DNA of 64,000 nt from assembly GCA_963817615.1 (NCBI GenBank), contig CAWFPH010000003.1, positions 1,904,856-1,968,855 on the forward strand. Reading direction: 5' to 3'. This document shows positions 51,164-61,200 of this stretch, piece by piece. Within the stretch, counting starts at the first letter, position 1. Each line of letters begins with the position of its first letter. Source of the stretch: an uncultured Gammaproteobacteria bacterium (lineage in GTDB: Bacteria > Pseudomonadota > Gammaproteobacteria > Steroidobacterales > Rariloculaceae). The translations under genes were made by a program, and so were the position numbers. The notes below the pieces were generated by a model. That model had not been told where the DNA came from. It searched no databases and saw nothing but the letters and a program-made list of their open reading frames with translations.

Positions 51164-52443
51164 CTACTCGATCACACCGAGATCGGGAATCGGCACTATC
51201 CACTTGCCGCCCCAGGAGCGGATGTAGGAAGTCTGCGCCACGATTTCGGCTTTGAGGTTCCACGGCAGAATCAGCAGATAGTCCGGCTTCGTTTCCTCGA
51301 TTTTTTCCGGCGGCAGAATGGGAATGTGCGTGCCCGGCGTGTACTTGCCCTGCTTGTACGGATTCCGGTCGACCGTGAAGTCCAGGAAGTCGGTGCGGAT
51401 GCCGCAATAGTTCAGCAGCGTGTTGCCCTTGCCAGGCGCGCCGTAGCCCGCGATCGATTTGCCGGCGCCTTCGCTTCGATGAGGAACTCCAGGAGCTCCC
51501 GCTTGTTCTCCTTGACCTGCTCGGTGAAGCGTCATAGGGCTCGAGCCGGGTGAGACCGTACGGCGATTCTCGCATTAGCGCATGCACGGCCTGGCCGAGG
51601 GCTTCGTCGAATCTCGGCGTGCCGGGCGTAGATACGCAGCGAGCCGCCGTGCGTCGGCAGATCTCTTGCACGTCGAACAGCGTGAGCCCGTGGGCAGCGA
51701 AGACTTTCTCCACGGTGGCAAACGAGAAATACCAGAAGTGCTCGTGATAGATCGTGTCGAACTGGTTGTCCTGCATCAGCCGCATGAGGTGCGGGAATTC
51801 CATCGTCATGACGCCCCTGGCGCCAGCAGGATTCAGCCCCGCACGAAATCATTGAGAACGGCGCATGAGCGAGCACGTTGTTGCCGATGATCAGATCGGG
51901 CTGCCGGTACTTGGCTGCGAGCGTGCGTGGCGTTTCGCTGCCAAAGAACTTCACTTCGCGTCCGCATGCCTTTCTCGATAGCCACCTTCGCCACGTTCGC
52001 TGCGGGCTCGATGCCGAGACGGGAACGCCTTCTTGCACGAAGTGCTGCAGCAGATAGCCGTCGTTGCTCGCGATCTCCATGACGAGGCTGTTCGCGCCAA
52101 GGCCGAACCGCGCGAAATGGCCTCCACATACTGGCGAGCATGCTCGATCCAGGAGTCGGAATACGAGGAGAAGTACGCATACTCCTCGAAGAGTCGCTCG
52201 GCGAGACGAACTCGTCGAGCTGGACCAGAAAGCATTGCTCGCAGACCAACGCATGCAGCGGATAGAACGGCTCCATCTGGTTGAGGTGTTCCTGCTTGAT
52301 GTGCGTCTGACACAGCGGCGACATGCCCAGATCGATGAACGTTCGCAGCGCGGCCGAACCGCAGAACCTGCACTTAGCCCGCGCGGCGCCTGCTGCGGCG
52401 CGTCACGTCCCTGCTCGACCATCACTGTGCTGGACCCCTTCAT
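51164..52443 (-). pseudogene. NDP-sugar C-methyltransferase (Zn-ribbon, SAM MTase and C-terminal domain), about 9 frame changes
   Basis: Pieces scattered over three frames include CRFCGSAALRTFIDLGMSPLCQ, FYPLHALVCEQCFLVQLDEFVSP and ERLFEEYAYFSSYSDSWIEHA. Further pieces are LVMEIASNDGYLLQHF, LGIEPAANVAKVA, PDLIIGNNVLAHAP, FDTIYHEHFWYFS and THGGSLRIYA. The last piece is the intact ORF 51164..51535 (GAPGKGNTLLNYCGI...DRNPYKQGKYTPGTHIPI...). Confidence 0.7.
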
Positions 52444-52509
52444 CGCCTGTCTCCCTGTCGGCTTGGAACGACGTCCGTTGTCTGCGTCGTTCGACGTTCA
52501 ACACCATCA

Positions 52510-53043
52510 TCACTGTACCGAAAAATCCGGCCACGCCGCATCCTTCGGCGCCAGCGTGGACACCTCTATCGGCCATTCGATACCGAAGCTCGGATCGTTG
52601 TAGCGCGCGCCGGATTGTAGCTCGCGGACGTAGAACTCCGACATCAGATACGAGACCTCCGTGTCGTTCGCGAGCGTTTGGAAGCCATGCGCAAACCCTT
52701 CGGGCACGAACAACATGCGGCCGTTGCTGTCGCTGAGCTCCACCCCCAACCACTTCAGGTACGTGGGCGAATCCGTTCGAAGATCGACCACGACGTCGAA
52801 CAGCGATCCGCGGGAGCAGCGCACGAGCTTGGCCTCCGCTTTGGGAGCGCGCTGCCAGTGCATGCCGCGGACGGTGCCCTTCAGGCGGTTGCGCGAGATA
52901 TTCGCTTGAACGAACGTGCCGTGTAGACCGTGCTCCTCGAACTCCCGCCGGCACCAGGTGCGCGCGAAAGAGCCGCGCTCATCGCCAATAGGCTCGACCT
53001 CGACGCACACCAACCCGGCGAAACGTGTCTGGACGAATTCCAT
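52510..53043 (-). CDS. NDP-4-dehydro-6-deoxyhexose 3,5-epimerase (RfbC/cupin family)
   Basis: ATG 53043 gives 177 aa: DERGSFARTW...GMHWQ...KLVRCSRGSLFDVVVDLR...SPTYLKW...LFVPEGFAHGFQTL...YNDP. The longer ORF-track entry (to 53292) overlaps rfbF. Confidence 0.85.
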   Translation of the reverse strand: MEFVQTRFAGLVCVEVEPIGDERGSFARTWCRREFEEHGLHGTFVQANISRNRLKGTVRGMHWQRAPKAEAKLVRCSRGSLFDVVVDLRTDSPTYLKWLGVELSDSNGRMLFVPEGFAHGFQTLANDTEVSYLMSEFYVRELQSGARYNDPSFGIEWPIEVSTLAPKDAAWPDFSVQ

Positions 53044-53071
53044 GGATGTCGAGCGCCGCGAACAACGACGG

Positions 53072-53857
53072 TCACCACACTTTCCACGGAGCCTTGCCCT
53101 TCGACCAGAGGTCTTCCAAAACCATCTTGTCGCGCAGCGTATCCATGGGATGCCAGAACTGAGGGTGCCTGAAAGCACACAGCTCGCCGTCGCGCGCCAA
53201 CCGCTCCAGGGGCTCTTTCTCCCAGACGGTCGAGTCGGCATCGATGTAACGAACAACCTGGGGATCCAGGAAAGAACCCCCCATTGACCCATGCGCCGTC
53301 ACCCGTGGGTTTCGATGGAAGCGGGCGACCATGTCCGATTCGGCCGCCATCGTAAATGCGCCGAATCGGCCGGGCACCTGCACGGCGGTCATGGTGGCAA
53401 GCTTCCCGTGCTTCTTGTGAAATTCGATCTGCGCGCTGATGTCGATGTCGCCGACTCCGTCGCCGTACGTGAAGCAGAACGGATCGCCGTTCAAGAGATG
53501 TGCGACGCGCTTCAAGCGCCCGCCCGTCATCGTTGCATCACCCGTGTCGACCAACGTGACGCGCCAAGGCTCCGAGGACCTCCCTTGGTGATATTCGATC
53601 TCGCGCGTGGTCAGATCGACCGTGATATCGGTCGTATGGGTGAAGTAGCTGCAGAAATAGTCCTTGATGTAGTACGACTTGTAGCCGCAACAGACGATGA
53701 AGTCATTGATTCCGTAGGCGGAATAGATCTTCATGATGTGCCACAGGATCGGACGATCGCCGATCTCGACCATCGGCTTCGGGCGAACCGCGGTTTCCTC
53801 GGAGAGCCGTGTGCCGAAACCACCCGCCAATATTACGCATTGCATCTTCGAAGACAC
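53072..53857 (-). CDS. rfbF: Glucose-1-phosphate cytidylyltransferase; the ORF is open but contains a compensated double frameshift
   Basis: GTG 53857 follows GAGGAG. CVILAGGFGTRLSEETAVRPKPMVEIGDRPILWHIMKIYS...FWHPMDTLRDK..LE.LW...APWKVW is RfbF-like. Codons at about 53266-53325 read RNPRVTAHGSMGGSFL in the main frame. The conserved KPTGDGAWVNGGFF is encoded out of frame at 53271-53312. Confidence 0.75.
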   Translation of the reverse strand: MSSKMQCVILAGGFGTRLSEETAVRPKPMVEIGDRPILWHIMKIYSAYGINDFIVCCGYKSYYIKDYFCSYFTHTTDITVDLTTREIEYHQGRSSEPWRVTLVDTGDATMTGGRLKRVAHLLNGDPFCFTYGDGVGDIDISAQIEFHKKHGKLATMTAVQVPGRFGAFTMAAESDMVARFHRNPRVTAHGSMGGSFLDPQVVRYIDADSTVWEKEPLERLARDGELCAFRHPQFWHPMDTLRDKMVLEDLWSKGKAPWKVW

Positions 53858-53882
53858 TGCGGCTGCTCCTCGGGACCCTTCC

Positions 53883-54929
53883 TCAGCCCTGCACCCAGTA
53901 AAGCGACTCGTCGACGGCGCCGCGCTCCCTGAGACGCGAGAGCACCTTCAATCGAATCAGATCCGACTCGCGGAAGCGCGAGTCGGAAAAGGCGATGCCC
54001 TGTAGCCCTTCCTTGAGACCGGCGATCGAGGAATCGAGCTTGTGCGCCGGCAAGTGCTCCGGAGCAAGCTCTTTGTAGAGGCTGAAATCGACTTGATAGG
54101 ACCGGCGGTCCGGAGGCGCGTCCTTGTTGATCGAAACGGTCGTCCCGGGTATCGCACGCGCGACGGCCTCAGCAAGATCGCGGACCTGGTAGTTGCACTC
54201 ATTGCGGCCGACGTTGATTGCGAGAAAAGGCCGGCCGTCAACAGGCCGCTGCGCGGCCCACTCGATCGCGAGCGCCATGTCTCGAACGTCGATCAACGGG
54301 CGCCACGGCGTGCCGTCGCTCAACACCTCGATTTTGCCCGTCGCGATCGCAGACGCCACGAAATCGTTGAGGACGAGGTCGAGCCGCAGACGCGGGCTGA
54401 AACCGCAGGCCGTCGGAAATCGTAGGCTAGTGACGACGACATCGTCGGTCGCAAGAGGCGCGAGGTCTTTCTCCGTGTCGATCTTCGAGTGAGCGTAAGC
54501 AGTGAGCGGATTGACGGGCGCTTGCTCGTTGCGTGCGCCGCCCTCGGCGAAACCGTATACGCTGCATGAGGAAGCAAAGACGACTCGCTTGACTCCGGCG
54601 TCGATCGCGAGCTTGGCAATATGCGCGCAGGCCCGGCGGTTCACCTCAGCGGTAACTTTCTCGAATGCCTTCCCCATCGGATCGTTCGAGATCGCCGCGA
54701 GCAAGACCAGCACGTCGACGCCTTCGAGAATGGATTCGTCGATGCGGCGCACATCGCCGAAGTGCTGAACATCGAGACACGCCTCCGGAAACCGATCGCG
54801 GCTCGTAAGGCACTGCCCGAAGAAGCAAGTATCGAGCCCCGAGAGTGTGGCGTTCGGATACCTGTTGCGTAGATGACGTGCCACTACAGGGCCGACATAC
54901 CCCATGTTACCTGTGATCAGGAAATGCAT
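53883..54929 (-). CDS. NAD-dependent epimerase/dehydratase (extended SDR)
   Basis: 348 aa with FLITGNMGYVGPVV and a YAHSK catalytic motif. Confidence 0.8.
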   Translation of the reverse strand: MHFLITGNMGYVGPVVARHLRNRYPNATLSGLDTCFFGQCLTSRDRFPEACLDVQHFGDVRRIDESILEGVDVLVLLAAISNDPMGKAFEKVTAEVNRRACAHIAKLAIDAGVKRVVFASSCSVYGFAEGGARNEQAPVNPLTAYAHSKIDTEKDLAPLATDDVVVTSLRFPTACGFSPRLRLDLVLNDFVASAIATGKIEVLSDGTPWRPLIDVRDMALAIEWAAQRPVDGRPFLAINVGRNECNYQVRDLAEAVARAIPGTTVSINKDAPPDRRSYQVDFSLYKELAPEHLPAHKLDSSIAGLKEGLQGIAFSDSRFRESDLIRLKVLSRLRERGAVDESLYWVQG

Positions 54930-55277
54930 TCATGTCCCTTTTTTTGCTTGGTGTGCGTCTGCAGGCCGACGTGGTTCGCGGCGCGGGCGATCTTGACCGA
55001 ATCAGACGCACGAAAACAGCGACTCGCTCGGAAAAATCGCACGACCTCGCTCTCGGAATGGACGCCGACGCTCCGCCGCGGCAACGCGCGCATTGCGGCC
55101 GCGGGCTGAATTGCGGAGATTATGGTAAAACGATCGGCGCCGACGTGCGACACCCGCCGAACGCTGACCCCCGGTGCGCCAAACGTTGTACTCTAACGCT
55201 TTTTCGGTCCACGGGGCGGGTTCGGGGAACAGACAGAGGACCGAAACGTACGGCGTCTCCAGGGCAATCTACGCTGA

Positions 55278-55502
55278 ATGAATACCATCTTCTTCGACTC
55301 GCCGATGGGCGACGACGAGCGCGGGCAGCGGATTTTCGAAGACCGGATGTGCCTCTCGTCACCGCAGAACAGGGCTCTCGCGTTCTTTGAGCTCGGGAGC
55401 GAGGCCGTCTGCAACGCGATCGCACCGCCGGCCCCCACCTGCACTCGACACGGGCGAAACGTCGCCCGCCCGCATGCCGCCGAGCAGCCCTTTCTGCTAT
55501 GA
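55278..55502 (+). CDS. Small hypothetical ORF, ATGA-coupled to the downstream SDR gene; possibly a gene remnant
   Basis: 74 aa (MNTIFFDSPMGDDERGQRIFEDRM...). No family was recognised. The only support is the stop/start overlap at 55499-55502. Confidence 0.2.
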   Translation: MNTIFFDSPMGDDERGQRIFEDRMCLSSPQNRALAFFELGSEAVCNAIAPPAPTCTRHGRNVARPHAAEQPFLL

Positions 55503-56488
55503 CTGCGCCGGATACCGCGACACTCTTGGACTCGACCAACCTTGGAACGATAGCCGGTCGTAGGGTGCTCGTAACGGGCGCTTCGGGATTCTTGGGCACG
55601 CACCTTTGCAAACGACTGGCGACAGCGGGCGCCGAGGTGCAAGCCGTGTCACGCGGCGCCCACGTTGCGGACTCAACCAACGTGCGGTGGTGGCAAGCGG
55701 ACACCGCTGATCTCGACTCGGCGAAAAAGCTACTGAACGAGACGCAGCCGCACACGGTCTTTCACCTTGCCGGCCTAGTCACCGCGCGGCCGGAGATCGA
55801 TCTCGTACTGCCGTCGGTCCATAGCTTGTTCCTCAGCACCGTGAACCTATTGACGGTCGCCGCGGGCTTGAACGGCTGCCGCGTGATCCTGATTGCCTCC
55901 CTCAACGAGCCGCCACCCTCGGCCGAGGAGCCCGTTCCCAGCTCCCCGTATTCCGCGGCCAAGTTCGCCGCGAGCACATACGGTCGGATGTTTCACCGCC
56001 TATACGGCACGCCGGTAGTCGCGGTGCGTCTCTTCATGACGTACGGACCGCATCAGGACGCGCAAAAACTGGTGCCGCACGTCGCGCTATCGCTGCTGCG
56101 CGGCGGCAGCCCGAAGCTCTCGAGCGGTCTGTGGCAAGCCGACTGGATCTACATCGACGATGCGATAGAAGGGATGATCAGCACGGCACTCGCTCCGGAT
56201 ATCGAAGGCTCGACTATCGATATCGGCTCCGGTCGGCTCATCGCAGTGCGAGATCTCGTAGAATCCATCGCCGAGCTCGTCGGCGGAATCGGCAAACCCG
56301 TGTTCGGTGCGTTGCCGGATCGACCCGTTGAGCCGCCGGCCCGCGTCGCCGACATCGAGTCTACGTACCGCAAGCTCGGTTGGCGGCCGCGAACCGAGCT
56401 GCGGGAAGGCTTGGCGGCCACCATCGAATGGTTCCGGCGGACGCTCGGAGGGACTCGCGAAGCTCCGAGCACGCTCCTCCGGCCCTAG
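55499..56488 (+). CDS. NAD-dependent epimerase/dehydratase (extended SDR)
   Basis: 329 aa with RVLVTGASGFLGTHL and a YSAAK catalytic motif. Confidence 0.85.
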   Translation: MTAPDTATLLDSTNLGTIAGRRVLVTGASGFLGTHLCKRLATAGAEVQAVSRGAHVADSTNVRWWQADTADLDSAKKLLNETQPHTVFHLAGLVTARPEIDLVLPSVHSLFLSTVNLLTVAAGLNGCRVILIASLNEPPPSAEEPVPSSPYSAAKFAASTYGRMFHRLYGTPVVAVRLFMTYGPHQDAQKLVPHVALSLLRGGSPKLSSGLWQADWIYIDDAIEGMISTALAPDIEGSTIDIGSGRLIAVRDLVESIAELVGGIGKPVFGALPDRPVEPPARVADIESTYRKLGWRPRTELREGLAATIEWFRRTLGGTREAPSTLLRP

Positions 56489-56550
56489 TGGCGGAAATTC
56501 TTAGGTCGTCCGCGGACCGCCAGCGGTGGTTCTCGGCAAAGGAAAGTCCC

Positions 56551-57792
56551 ATGCAAAAAGCAGTTGTAGCTAGGTTTGGAACAAGCGTCGCTTGCGCGCT
56601 GGTCGCATTGCTCGCCGACAGCGGCGCACGTGCTGCATGGGATACGGTGCCCACGTTCGGCGTGAGCGTAGAGCCGGATGACAATCCTCGGCTGGAGTCC
56701 GATGCGCTAAAGAAGTCGGACGTTCGGACCCTATTGGACGCGGGAGTGTCAGCCACCGCTTACAACCAGCGCGGGGAAATTCGCCTCCAACCCCGCGTCC
56801 AGGCCCAGCAGTACGGCAACGCCTCCAACAGCGATCTCGAAAACACCGACGTCTACTTTTCATCGCGCGGCCGTTACACGTGGTTGAAGGCGGAAGGCAA
56901 TTTCTATCTCGATTCGTCGCGCCAGAGCATTCTGACCGGCGAGCTCGCAAACGCCGAGCCGCTCGACCCGGACGCGCCTGGTCTTCCGAGCTTGAGTACC
57001 GGGCAGCTCGTGTTTCTGAACCAAAACGTGACGAGGACCGTGCTGCAGCCGACCCTCGACGTGCGCCTCGGCGATGTGACCGATCTCGTCTTCGACACGC
57101 AGTATTCCACGGCCTCCTATTCCGGTCCGACCGTCATCACGCGGTCGAATTTCACGAACAGGAATCTCTCCTTCGGCGTGCAACGCCGGCTCAGCCCGCA
57201 GAATCGCGTGCTCGCGCGGCTCTATGCGGCCGACTACCAGGCCGACGTGACCGACAACACGACGCGCACGAATGGCCTCGCGGGCACATTCTCGCGGCAG
57301 CTGAACCAGACTCTCACGCTCGGACTCGACATCGGAGTGGCACGAAGCGATTTCAATTTTCTATCCGGCGCAGGCAGGGTCGACAGCTCCGACACGAGCT
57401 TCACTGCGCACGTCAGTCTCCGCCAGAGAGCCGCGAGAACGACGTTGAACTTCGACATCGGCCGTCAAGTCGATCCGAACGGATCGGGCTTCGTCGTAAG
57501 CCGCGATTCGGTTCTGTTGTCGCTATCCCGGACGTTCAAGCCACGTTTGATCGGCAACACCGGCGTGAGGATCGATCGAACGCGTGCGGTCGGGAACGTG
57601 CTCACGACCTCCGCCAATCGCGATTACGTCCGCCTGGAGCTCGGCCTCGAGTGGGCCTGGACCCAACGCCTATCGCTGAACACCGGCTACAGCTTCACGT
57701 CGCAGAAGTTCGTCGACACGGCCGATCAGCGGGTCGCGTCGAACTCTATCTACTTCGGTATCGGCTACTCGGCCCTGTCCCGGCGCCGCTAG
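56551..57792 (+). CDS. Outer-membrane beta-barrel protein, EpsL-like (PEP-CTERM-system-associated barrel by recollection)
   Basis: ATG 56551 follows AAAGGAAAG. The signal peptide is MQKAVVARFGTSVACALVALLADSGARA. An alternating beta-strand pattern runs throughout, with an aromatic-rich C-terminal strand (SIYFGIGYS). Confidence 0.55.
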   Translation: MQKAVVARFGTSVACALVALLADSGARAAWDTVPTFGVSVEPDDNPRLESDALKKSDVRTLLDAGVSATAYNQRGEIRLQPRVQAQQYGNASNSDLENTDVYFSSRGRYTWLKAEGNFYLDSSRQSILTGELANAEPLDPDAPGLPSLSTGQLVFLNQNVTRTVLQPTLDVRLGDVTDLVFDTQYSTASYSGPTVITRSNFTNRNLSFGVQRRLSPQNRVLARLYAADYQADVTDNTTRTNGLAGTFSRQLNQTLTLGLDIGVARSDFNFLSGAGRVDSSDTSFTAHVSLRQRAARTTLNFDIGRQVDPNGSGFVVSRDSVLLSLSRTFKPRLIGNTGVRIDRTRAVGNVLTTSANRDYVRLELGLEWAWTQRLSLNTGYSFTSQKFVDTADQRVASNSIYFGIGYSALSRRR

Positions 57793-57807
57793 CGGCGCCG
57801 TTCGCCA

Positions 57808-58221
57808 TCAATCGGGCTCTGTCTCGCCTACGATCAGCAGCTGCGGCAGATCGCCTCCCGCGGCCGGGGGCGTTTTCCGCAACAGCAACCGCGTATGCGC
57901 GACGTTGGCCTTGTCGAACTTGATCGCGACGTCGACCATCACGTCGGTGTCGCCGGCCGCTTCGATCTTCTCGATCTCGAACTGTGCCCCGCCGTAGGTT
58001 TGCTGCAAAAAGGCGGGGTACGTCGGGTTCGACAGAAGCGCGGACCGATTGGCGAGCAGCTGTCCGCCCAGCAGTGAGCGGATGGCATCGGTGTTCCCCT
58101 GCGAGAGGGAATCGAAGTAGCGGTTCATCACCGCCGTAGTCTCTTGAGTTTCCACTTGGGCGACGACCGACTGCGAGAGAGCCAGCGTCGCTGCAAGAAA
58201 TATCGAAACGAGGGTCTTCAT
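57808..58221 (-). CDS. Small secreted protein, NTF2/SnoaL-like by sequence pattern
   Basis: 137 aa with signal peptide MKTLVSIFLAATLALSQSVVAQ. It starts 11 nt after the stop of the giant gene, so it is probably co-transcribed. Confidence 0.55.
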   Translation of the reverse strand: MKTLVSIFLAATLALSQSVVAQVETQETTAVMNRYFDSLSQGNTDAIRSLLGGQLLANRSALLSNPTYPAFLQQTYGGAQFEIEKIEAAGDTDVMVDVAIKFDKANVAHTRLLLRKTPPAAGGDLPQLLIVGETEPD

Positions 58222-58232
58222 CTCGGTTCCCG

Positions 58233-61200
58233 TCAGTTGGCCACGACGATGGCGATATAGTTCGCGTCCGCACCGCTCGCACCGGCCGCCAGGTTGCCGC
58301 CGAGCGTAACCGAACCGGCGTTGTACGTGCGGCTGTAAAGACGCATGGAGGTTCCAGCGGGGTTCGTGGTGCCGACGCTGAGCCCGGTGTCCGTGAACGC
58401 GCTCATCCAGGTCGGACGGCTGGCCGCACCTGCATCGTATGCAACGTAGACGGTAACCGGTCGATCGACGCTGAACGTCAGATAGTTGCTGCTCGTGTTG
58501 CCCACATCTGCGTTCGCCGTCATGATCCAGCGCCCGTTGGCAAGCACGCTCGGAATGCTCGTCAATCGATACGACCCGTCGACGTAGTAGAAGTCGTCAA
58601 GCTCCAACAGGTTCTGCTTGAGATATGGAGCCACCGTCGAACGCGACAGATTGTCGAGCACGAACGGCAACGCAGCGGGAGCCGACGGATTGAGCGCGTT
58701 GTGCCAGAGCGTCGCCAACACCACGTGGCCCAGACCGTTCGGATGGAGCGTATCGCTGAACAGACTGAAACGATTGACGGTCGAGCTCAGGAAATAGCTG
58801 AACAGATCGGGGCCGACCTGGCGCCCGGTGAGCTCGTAGCGAATCACGTCGTTGTACGGTTGAATGTAGCTCACGTTCCGCCAGGAGTTGAGCGGATCCG
58901 TGAAGATCGTCGAACCGGAGCCGAACGCCGGCGGCACGAGCGCTACATATACCGTCTTGCCGGCGCTCGTCAGCGAGTTGATCACCGTTTGGACGTTGCC
59001 TTTGTACGTGCCGTTGCACGCCGTACCGGAGCAGCCGCTGCCGCTCGGGATCCCGCGGTTCGAATCGTTCGTGCCGATCAAGAGCAACACCTTCTGACTC
59101 GCCGGATGGCGCGCCTTGATGGAGTTGAGGCGGCTGAACGCGGTCTGGGAGGAATCGTCGCCGCCGATGCCCTCGTTGAAGACCATGACCTGCTTGCCCA
59201 GGGAATTCTCGAGCAGATTGGTGAGCGGCGCCTCCATCCCCTCGTCGGCGACGATGCGGCCGTTCAGCGACTGGTCGTCGGTCCCGAAATTGTCGCCGAT
59301 GCCGTTCGTGATGCTGTCCCCGACCGCCACGAAGTATTCGCCAGTCGTGCCGACAGCGGTGTTGGTATCGCGCGCGATCTCGACGTTGGAAGAGTTGCGC
59401 AGGCTCGCTACGACCGTATGGTTGCCCGGCGTAACCGACGAGTACGTCGCCGTGTAGGGCTCGGTCGTGTCGGTTATCGAATTCGTGCCGTCCAGAGTGA
59501 AGACGACTTTGCCGCCGGTGGGCACTTGCGTGGCAATGGCCGAGACGGAAAGCAAGTTGGTCACTTGCGTGGAGTACGACGTCGGCGTCGAGAGCGTGAT
59601 GGACGGAGACGACCCAACCGCCTGAATCAACACGTTGTCGAAGGTCGACCGATCCTGACAATACAACGCCACCGTGCCCGTGCTTAGAGCGGAGTCCTGC
59701 ACCGCGAACAACGGCACGCCGTTACGCAGCACCTGGATCTTGTTGCCCTGAACATCGATCGTGATGTGCTCCGTTTGCCCGACGACGTAGCCCCTGCCGT
59801 CGACCGCCAACGGCGTGAACACGCCGGCGACCTTCTTCTCCAGGCGGCTGAATCCGTAGCGGGCGTTCATCGTGAACCGGTAGTAGTTGTTCGGATCCAC
59901 GTAGCGGAACATGACCCCCAGATCGTCGGAGAGGTCGTCCGGCCCATCGCTCGAGAGGAACGTCGCATCGACGCTGAAGCGGTAGTCCGTGAGCGTCGAG
60001 CCGGCACTGAGGTACGCAAACGTACCGAGATGGTAAGTCTGATCGAACGTTTGCAAGCTCTCCACGCGGTTGTTCTCGAGGAACTGCCCTGCAGAAACCA
60101 GCCAAGACGGCGAAAGGTTCGATTCGTTGACGACCGCCCACCCCACCGAGTTGCCATCGTCGAAGTTGTCAGTGAACGGCAGTGTGAGGACTGCCGCGTT
60201 CCCCGCCAGAGCCACCGCCTGCAAGCCGATGTTGCCGCCGTAGTCGGTCACGATGGTATGCCGGATCGTCAGCGTCTGATTCGCCGATGCGGCCGAGTAG
60301 GTCAACGTGATGACGCGGGCATAGACGTTCCCTGACGAATCGCCGATCGTCGTGGTGTACGAGCTCGCGCTCCCGTCGCTCAACGTCGCCTGCACTTGGC
60401 TCTGCGACATCCAGCCACCGAGGTAAATCTTCACGGTCCGCGGCGTCGTATCGGCAGGCACGGTCAACTGGTAACCATGGCCGACGCCCGTGAAGTAGAC
60501 CAGCGACTGAGTACCGGCACTGCTCACGGTCGGAGTGCCGTCGGACCAGCTGTGGACGGTCCACGCCGTGTCGCCTTGGTAGCCGTTCGCACTGGTGCCG
60601 ATCGCAGTAAAGTTGCTGATCTGCTGCGCCACACCGGCTTTGTGATTGAACGTTCCGGCAGTGGGACCCCAATGGGCCCAATCGGCCGTTCCGACGGCGG
60701 TCAGGTTGACGGACGCCGGCGCTGTCGTGACGGAACCGCTCAAGGTCGCGCCGGACGAAGAGGACAGCACGGTGATCGAAACGCTCTGGGCGTCCGTCGC
60801 ATTCGCGGCGTCGCGCGCCGTAAACGTCACCGAGTACGGACTTCCGGCCGCCGCACCTGCTGGCGGCGTCCAGGTGAACGTGCCGCTACCGCCGCTCGCG
60901 GTGAAGCCGGCGCCGGCCGGAAGCGACGATGCCGTGATTTGCAGCGTGTCACCGACATCCGGGTCGGACGCCGTCACGCCGAAATTCAGTGTTTGACCCT
61001 CCGTCACCGACTGATTGCCCGGCGTCGTCAGAACAGGCGGATCGTTGACGGGATTCACCGTGAGCGTGACGGTCGCAGGCGTGGAGGCAGCGACCCCGTC
61101 GTTGGTCTTGAAGGAGAAGCTATCCGGGCCGTTGTAGTTCGCGGCTGGCGTGTACGTGACATGCGCGGTGCAGTTGCTCGGCGTTCCCGTGCACGAAATC

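Noticed and set aside
58233-58300. PEP-CTERM or other sorting signal at the C terminus of the giant protein
   Set aside because: The protein ends ...GADANYIAIVVAN with no PEP motif, TM helix or Arg cluster. No ORF in the window has such a tail.
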